This document shows, in pieces, positions 56,814-64,000 of a stretch of DNA of 64,000 nucleotides. The notes beneath the pieces are model-generated. The model was not told the DNA's origin and made no database searches. It worked only from the letters and a program-made list of their open reading frames with translations. The number at the start of each line of letters is the position of its first letter. Position 1 is the stretch's first letter. This DNA is from Elsinoe ampelina (Eukaryota). The stretch is from the NCBI GenBank assembly GCA_010093995.1, contig ML992502.1:382760-446759 (forward strand), in the 5' to 3' direction. The position numbers and the translations under genes were made by a program.

Positions 56814-58803
56814 CAGTAGGACCTCTATATACCGTTAGCTGCGTGAATCGGCCGATTAACGGTATAGCCAAGATATCGGTGTGTTAAATAAGGTGGTGTA
56901 ACTGCTTTAAACCCTCTTAATTCTGTAGTCTATTACCTTATAAAGAACTTATAAATAGCTAGCTGCTTTATAGAGGCTCTTAAGCGTACTTAAATAATCT
57001 TACGATACTCCTCTACCGCCTTTAGTAGCTTAAAGTTATACTCCTCTAACTACTCCTTATATAGCTAAAGCTATACTAGTATAGTTAAAGCCTCTAAGTG
57101 CTTTATATACTAGAGTACTTCTACTGCCTTATTCTCTTCTTTATACTCTAGTATAGGTGTATATTACTTAGCGATAGAGAGAAGAAAGGCCTCTCTAATC
57201 TCTTTATAGGTATCCTTAACCTCCTCTTCCTCTAGCTATAGTAGGCTAGCGATAGTTATTACTAGATAGATAGCATTTCTAAGCTATAGAGTATATAGCT
57301 ACTATTATACTTCCGCCTCTACCTTCTAATTAATAGGCTTTAGTAGAGGAGCTTAGTTCTACTAGTAGAGTTACTCTCTTTACTACGCTTTAAAGGTAAG
57401 AGAGTCTTTAACCTTACTAAGAAGAGTTAAATAAAGCTAGTAATTAGTAATAGAAGTTACTAATACTTTATCCTAAGCCTAGAGAGTGTTATAGATAGCC
57501 TTTAGTATATTAATTATCTTTATAGAATCGCGTAAGAGTTTAATCTCCTCTAGTATATAAGTAAGCTAGCGCTTCTAATAGTAGGCCTTAAAGTAGCAAA
57601 TAACCCCTTAATCTAGAGGCTAGTACTTACTTATAGAGTTTGCTAGTAGCTAGATAATCTTAATATTAGTAACTTTATATTAAATTACTATAACTACGCA
57701 CTTATATACTAAGAAGTTATTAAGAAGAAGAGTAATCTAGAGAAGTAAATTTAGTATATATAGCTTATATAATGTAAAATTACTACTTACCTTTCTACTA
57801 CCTACTTCCTTATTTAACTACCTTAAGTACTCTTTAAAGATTAGACTAGTTATCTAAGATGTCTTATTTGCTTACTAGAATATGTTCTAGCGCTTAATAT
57901 TAACTCTAGTAGCTTTAAAACACTATAGTACTTTAGCATTGCTAATAATCTAAGGCTTTAGCTTATAGTTACTAGAGGCATTATAAGTGAAAAGTACTAA
58001 GAGCCTCTTCTTGCTACGCTTAGTACTAGGTAGTAGTTATAAGGCTAGAGAGTAATTAGGTATTATTATATAATAGAGGCTAGTCTTATTAGCGTTATAC
58101 TAATTATCTAGATAGTAGTATAATAAGTGCTCTTTTACCTTTATAAGCTCTTTAGTATACTTCTCTTTATCAATATTACTAGCCTTACTATAATAGATCC
58201 TCTACTTAATATTATATCTACTCTTAAAGCTAGTAAGCTAGCTATTAGAGAACTTTAGCATCTCTTAGTCTTTATACTAAGGTATTACTTTAAATAACCT
58301 CTTAGCTTACTTCTTTAAGAGAGCGCTAGTTACTAGTATTAGCTACTTAATTTTTAGCTACTACTAGAAGAGTATAGCCTCTAGCTCCGGAAGGTGCTCT
58401 ATCCTTCTTCTTTTACTATTAGGCTTAGCCTTATCTCTAGCCTTATAGTACTTCTAGTAGATAATATTAGAGATAGTAGATTAATAGATAGTATAACTCT
58501 AGAGGTAGCTAAAGTAATTAGCTAGCTACTACTAGCTATAGTAAGGATACTCTTTATAGCGCTAGATAACTACTACCTTCTAGCTAGCAGTAATAGTATT
58601 CCTTAGAGGCATAACAACTAACGATTAAATAGGCTATTAGCACTAAAATTAGCACTTTATATACCGATAAAGAGCTTAGTTAATAAACGGAACAGTATAA
58701 CGAGAGAGTAGCTTATTTGGCAGTAAAAAAACAGTGAATTGCAACTCCAACGGAATAACCAAGATAACGGTATATAAACTAACGGTATATGCAGGTCCTA
58801 CTG
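56814..58803 (-). mobile_element. Full-length RIP-inactivated pogo/Tigger-like DNA transposon (1990 bp) with about 25-bp TIRs and TA target duplication
   Basis: TA|CAGTAGGACCTctATATACCGTTAG ... CTAACGGTATATgcAGGTCCTACTG|TA. The minus-strand transposase relic starts at ATG 58612 and contains YNANKTSL (YNADETGL), LLLNNF (LLLDNF) and *PLD*GVI (QPLDQGVI). Confidence 0.92.
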
Positions 58804-58863
58804 TATTCGCGACTAGGGGTATCAATGATCCGGTGCCTGTATGCCTCTCTGTAGTGCTGTTTG

Positions 58864-59760
58864 CTACATCCAGCGGCCAATTATCGGGATGCTTTTGTAC
58901 AGCTCCTCATACTCCCTACCAACCCATCCCCCTACTTGCCCACCTCTCCCCACTACTCCGAGTCCTCCTGCCATCCAAAGCCCTGCAATTGCTGCCGCGA
59001 CACCGTTCACGATCCACCACCGCCGCTTCTTCTCCAGCCGTCCCTCCTGTCCCCAGACCACGATCTGTGTAGGAGCCACGCCTAACCACTTGCTCATGCC
59101 CCAAGTCATGTGTGCGACACCAACACTGATGAGAGCCACGAATCCAGCGAAGCTTACTGCAGGGTGCTGCGCAAAGGCATGACTGACATAGCTCAAGTTG
59201 ATAGTGCTGCTCCCTCCGTGAACTTTGAGCGGTAAGATTCGATTGATGAAGATGTGTCCGGCCAACAACCAGGTCATGGCATATCCCAGCTGACTCGTCC
59301 CACTCATCTTCGGCCAAGCTATCTTCCTCCTGTCTCCTCGCTCCTCCGCGCCATACATCTTGAGGTCTTCTCTTCGTCGATATATCTGTAGCGCGACACC
59401 AGAAGCGATATGGACTGCCAGAGGAGCGATCACTACCAGCGGCTCCGCTATGGGAGATTGGTAGTACGGTCTCGTGAGAAGGAGATATGGCTCCGACGCG
59501 TGCACCGATTGTGTAATGAGCGGTATTATCGATGTATTTGTGATGTGCATGCCGAGAAAGGCCGTGAACGCGTAGGACGAGTACTTTTGGGCTTTGATGA
59601 GATACCAGGAAGCCGAGCGCTGGAAGCGCATGCCCAAGAAGGTGGTGCCATTCGACTGCTCTTCAGGAGGAGCAAAGTAGCTGTCCTTTTGCTCTCGTGG
59701 TGTATCTTCGACTGGCGACGGCTCCAGCTCGATCAAGCTGCGTTGATCGTCTGCACCCAT
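58864..59760 (-). CDS. MCP1: Mcp1-like (DUF1691) mitochondrial outer membrane protein
   Basis: Multi-TM protein with QKYSSY.F..F..MH..NTS..P, LLL.R.YYQ, HIASG and H.F.NR..P. The start codon choice is inferred. Confidence 0.75.
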   Translation of the reverse strand: MGADDQRSLIELEPSPVEDTPREQKDSYFAPPEEQSNGTTFLGMRFQRSASWYLIKAQKYSSYAFTAFLGMHITNTSIIPLITQSVHASEPYLLLTRPYYQSPIAEPLVVIAPLAVHIASGVALQIYRRREDLKMYGAEERGDRRKIAWPKMSGTSQLGYAMTWLLAGHIFINRILPLKVHGGSSTINLSYVSHAFAQHPAVSFAGFVALISVGVAHMTWGMSKWLGVAPTQIVVWGQEGRLEKKRRWWIVNGVAAAIAGLWMAGGLGVVGRGGQVGGWVGREYEELYKSIPIIGRWM

Positions 59761-59974
59761 CGCGGTGATGCTGGGCAAGTCAACGACATATAACAGGATC
59801 TTTTGTTGAGGTGTAGGAATAACAAGGATGTGGCAGGCTTTGGGCGAAGCATGACTCGTGCGTGTCAGCAGAGGTTGCGGGGAAACGCGTGCCGCGTGAC
59901 TCATTTTTGGCTGCCTACAGCTTCCAAGGCTCGGTGGATTAGGAGGTTGCCGGGGTAAATTGCTTGGATTTGTA

Positions 59975-61400
59975 TACAACTCCACCTCACTACTTCTTCA
60001 TAAATTAATAACTTCACTAACACCGCATTAAATGGGACGTGTTAGTGCTCGAAATAATCGTATTACTATGTGCTTTTTATTACTACAAAGAGCTACTTAA
60101 AAAAAGCAGTTAAAAAGGCGTAATAAGGACTAAGAACTTAAATATAAATAGGACACGCTAACTCGCGTACGCGTTAAAACCCTCTTTAACACTGGCACCT
60201 TATAACATAAGATATTTAACCTTATAAAAGTGCCTATCTAGACGTAGCAAATGTAGGAATTATAGCTAGACTAAAGGATTAGTAAAGAACATACTAGACT
60301 AGCTATAATCCTTACGTTAAGAACTCTCTACTAGATAATTTACTATATATTAAAGTCCTTCGAAGACTAGTAAACTATATAGGCTAAACTTGCTAGATTA
60401 TATATAGACGGCCTTATAGTATAGACAGTAAAGAGAGCTATAAATAACACTAGCTATTTTAAGTATAAGGCTTGTTAGAAGAGCTAGTTAAGGCCTAAGA
60501 ATGTCGCCCTTAGGAAGGCCTTTTATAAGAAGTACTACGCTAAGATATAGAGGTTCTAGAGAGTAGTATATTTCACTAATAAAGTACACTTCTCGCTAGA
60601 GTTATAGAGGGCTATAGTTGTTATCTACAACGAGAAGGAGCGCTATTATAAGACTTATATTTAGTTTAAGAAGAGGGCATAAGGAAGTTAGCTATACTAC
60701 TAAGTAATAGTTAGTTATAGCTATAAGTTAGAGATAGTGTTCTTCGACTCTAACGATAAGTCTAAGAGTATGGCCTTTATCTATAACTATATTAACACCG
60801 AAGAGATATTACTAGAACCTACAGTTAAGACAGAGAAGAAGGAGCGCTAGTTACTTAGTAATATAAGGCCTTTAACATATAAGCACCGCTACTACAATAA
60901 GGAGGCTTATAAGCACGCTTGTTGTAAGCCTAATTATCGCCCTTTAAAGGCCGCTAGTAACCTTATATAAGTATAGTACCTTACTAAGATCCTCTACTCT
61001 TATATTAAACTAGTATAGCTTAATACTAAAGTAAAGCACTAGCTCTTTATGCTCCTCGAGGATAATAATAGTAGCTACGGCACTAGATCTAAGAACAACG
61101 TTGTTAGGAGATATAAGGCTTATCTAGAAAGGTAAGGTAGCTTTTACTAGTACGCTAACTGCCCTTAGTTACCTAACTTTAACATTATTAAGAACGTGTA
61201 GAGGATCCTTAAATAACGTGTTAAGAACTACTACTACACTATAGTTGACGAACTAAAGGCAGCTATCGAGTACGAATAGGAGAGGATTAACTAGAAGGAG
61301 ATTAACAAGCTAGTAGAGACTATACTAGAGTATATAAGGGAGGGCATAAGGCGTGACAGCCTTTACACGCCGTAGTGAAGAGCCTTTGCAGAGTTTAAAC
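59975..61400 (+). mobile_element. RIP-inactivated Tc1-like DDE transposon
   Basis: One frame carries VYFTNKVHF (FTDE), LLEDNNSSYG (EDND..HG) and P*LPNFNIIKNV*RILK*R (PQSPDFNIIENVWRILKQR). No convincing TIR pair was seen, so ends are approximate. Confidence 0.85.
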
Positions 61401-61851
61401 AACACCTTTTTTCAGCTTCATGTTTTTAAATAGATCAGATTACTCAATTGCTCATGAATCCCGAGAAATACACCAAAAAGTGCCTGTGAATTCGGGCTGC
61501 AGAAGCGCCAAGAAACGACCCCGGCAATCTCCCAATCCACCGAGCCTTGTTCGCTCAGTGGCAGCTTCCATCAAGAGAAATATCGAACGCAACTTCCTCT
61601 CAACTTGTTGGTCTCAGCTATAAATGATTTCGCTTGTTTGCATGACATTCTTTCTTCCTCCACCAACCTCCATCGTTCACATTGATCCACCATCCCGCTC
61701 AGACTCTTGTCACATTTGTCACACCTCGCTTCATCAGCACGAATTGATTTTCAATCATACGGCACATACCACGCTCGCCAACTTACCACTCTGCATCCAC
61801 TTGCAATTCAACGATCCAGCTTCGTCCCATTCAACTTCACACACATCAACC

Positions 61852-62238
61852 ATGGAGATCATCAACCCCATTATCAAGCTCGTCACTGCATTCGCGACAT
61901 GGAACATTCTCCTCGGTCTGGCCTAGCTCGCCTACTTCGTCTACGTCGTATGTGAACAACACTCCCTCCTCCACTCCCACTTCCGCGCCTATCAACCACT
62001 GACAGATGGCAGGTCAAGCTCACGTCGTTCCTCCTCTTGACCCTTGGGACACTCCTCCTCATGTGTGCGTTTCCAAATCGCTGTAAGAATCATCTGCCAT
62101 GTCTTTCAACCATGCCATACCATGACGCTAACATCGCACCCAGACCGTCTCAAACCCAACCAGCCAGCACATGCGCGTCCGGGACAGCTTTTGCACGAAA
62201 TACCACAAGTCAGGCAGTTTAAGGATGGCACAGATTAG
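61852..62238 (+). pseudogene. Small three-exon membrane-protein gene with an in-frame TAG; exons 61852-61947, 62013-62082, 62144-62238
   Basis: CAACCATGG start and two canonical introns with branch sites. The hydrophobic frame is interrupted by TAG at 61924-61926. Confidence 0.5.
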
Positions 62239-62393
62239 CTTTTGAGAAATTGATTTTTTCCCATCACACTTCTTTTGCCAATCGAGGGTTCTTAATCCCG
62301 AGCTTGTTAACTTTGTGGTCATGACTCCTCTCCCTGAGATGTCGCATTATCAGAAATCCCATCTGATGTCTTGGTCAACACTCCTCCTCCATC

Positions 62394-62756
62394 ATGGCAG
62401 ACGCAGCACGCATGGCAGACCCAACACGAGATACCGAAGTGGAGTGGGCCGAAGAACTCTACCAGGCCATGCTACCGGTTCCGAACATTCTTCGGCTTCT
62501 CGACGATCCATTCGAATTCGTCCGATGGTATGTCTTACGTGCGGCGCCGTGGATCAGACACGTCGGCGTGGTGAGGAGGGTCAGCCTGTTCGTGGTCTAC
62601 GATTCAATACTGGCGCTATGTCTGGCTTGGTTGTTCAACAATTTCTTCTTGATGGCGCCGCAACATCTGAAGCCCACCTGGACAGTCAACACGTGGGAGC
62701 CAACCATGGTGCAAAGTAGCTGCCAGACGCTGCAGGCCACAGTGCGGCTATGTTGA
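62394..62756 (+). CDS. Possible small membrane protein (120 aa)
   Basis: ATG-initiated ORF with one hydrophobic segment. No homology recognised. Confidence 0.3.
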   Translation: MADAARMADPTRDTEVEWAEELYQAMLPVPNILRLLDDPFEFVRWYVLRAAPWIRHVGVVRRVSLFVVYDSILALCLAWLFNNFFLMAPQHLKPTWTVNTWEPTMVQSSCQTLQATVRLC

Positions 62757-62989
62757 GATCGGTGGAAGATTAGGGGGCCGATGTGGAGAAAGAGAAGGAG
62801 GAAAGAGGTGATCGCATGAGAAGGAGGAGGTGGTGGTCGTAATGAATCACAAAGGCGGGCTGCAGTCGCCGGGGAGGGCTATGGAGAGAATGGCGAGCAG
62901 GAGGGAACTAAGGCGTGGTTAAGGAGGTTAATGGCGGTGAAGGGGCGTCACTTGCCAGTACACTGACGATGTGGCTCGACTTACTGGTG

Positions 62990-64000
62990 GTACTATAGAG
63001 GGCTGGCAGATTATTAAGATCACGTTGAGCACTACGAATGTACTTAGCGATAGTTAAGACGTGATCGAGAAAGGCGTCGGACTATTATAACTAGCAAATC
63101 GGATCGAGAGACGTATAATTCATTTAGTGAGTTATAATAATCGATTATCTACTATACGTATACTAACTTATTAGTACTAATTCTTTAGTACTAGAAAAGC
63201 TATACTAGTCTTTTATTATAATACTCTCTCTCTAGTATAGATTATTAAATCTAAAGAACTACTCTATTATATATAAGTAAAGTAATTAGGTATTATAAAC
63301 TATCTAAATATAGTCTACGCTATTAGTCTAAGCTAAGCTAAGAATAAGGTAGTTCTACTTCTATAGTAGTATAGTACTAAGGTAAGAGTTTATAAGAGTA
63401 TAATATTAGAGTAGTACTTAGTAGTAGCTAGTCCTACTTATATAATATACTAGAATATCCTATATAGCACTTATACTATAGACTTAATAGTAATTAGTTC
63501 TACTACTAATAGACTATTTAGTTAAATAGGTATTCTCTATATTATAATATATATAGCTTTAATATAAGGCTTTAATAGTTCTAATTACTCTCCTATAATT
63601 ATAATCTATTAGACTCTATAGATAACTAGAACTCTATTAGTAAGGCACTAGTGCCTTATATTATTAATGTTACTAAGATAGACTCTATTAAGTAGACTTC
63701 TTAGAAGAAAGAAAAGACTCTTAAGAAGTAGCTACTATACCTATATACTAAGCGTAAGTACTTAGAGCTAGAACTTAAGGCCTAGAGCCTTAAGGAAGAG
63801 ATTAAGTAAATATATTATATATATAATATAGAATATACTCTAGTAGGTTTTAATTATAGCTTATATACCTCTATAGAGTATATAGTAAGTAACACTAGTA
63901 TATAGAGTATATATAGTAGTAGTAGACTATTTATAAGGCTATCCTCTAGATAGCTATAACTAAGAGAACTATACCTCTATTAGAGTAAGACCTTAAAGGA
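62990..64000. mobile_element. Heavily RIP-mutated AT-rich repeat, family not identified, truncated by the window edge
   Basis: Abrupt switch to TpA-rich, CpA/TpG-depleted sequence with no ORFs. Confidence 0.7.

Noticed and set aside
849..61418. Identical 17-mer ACACCTTTTTTCAGCTT at 849-865 and 61402-61418 as direct-repeat ends of a giant YR (Starship-like) element
   Set aside because: The match is low-complexity with no extension either side. The enclosed genes are core housekeeping, the YR relic is not the first gene, and a chance match or shared TE sequence is plausible.
1254..62719. Numerous long antisense or alternative-frame ORFs in the track (e.g. 1801-2577, 15197-16399, 46040-46921, 47678-48532, 49706-50494)
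   Set aside because: These are shadows of real genes caused by GC-rich, skewed codon usage, and their translations are low-complexity.
1..64000. tRNA, rRNA or spliceosomal snRNA genes
   Set aside because: No convincing T-loop/cloverleaf or snRNA signature was seen by eye. tRNAscan-SE and Rfam scans would be needed to exclude them.

Overview
This is eukaryotic DNA from a filamentous ascomycete (Pezizomycotina, probably a Dothideomycete). The evidence is short GT-AG introns with CTAAC/CTGAC branch sites and four AT/TpA-rich blocks with a RIP signature. The gene-dense core (about 1.8-56 kb) holds mostly housekeeping genes: an Rds1-like ferritin-fold protein, TRF4/cid14, profilin, ATG11, a HAD hydrolase, U2SURP-like and TRAPPC12-like genes, a divergent glycyl-tRNA synthetase, ILV2, the complex I 21 kDa subunit, a DUF4188 protein, a GNAT, BCS1, the RRP3/SSF1 divergent pair, a PA14/GLEYA-type adhesin, BTA1, GCV2 and MCP1. 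RIP-killed DNA transposons flank this core: an IS630/Tc1-like element at the left edge, a complete pogo-like element with TIRs and TA duplication, a Tc1-like element with apparent DD42E spacing, and an unclassified relic at the right edge. The most notable observations are: (1) about eleven local C-rich to G-rich strand-skew flips that cut through conserved genes and reshape their amino acid composition; (2) a probable alternatively spliced ATG11 C-terminal exon ending near a WxxL motif; (3) a pseudogenised tyrosine recombinase; (4) an adhesin whose PA14/GLEYA domain appears split by a large repeat insert; (5) a motif-divergent GlyRS under two perfect Gcn4/CpcA sites. All calls were made by eye from motifs and splice signals; no database searches were run.
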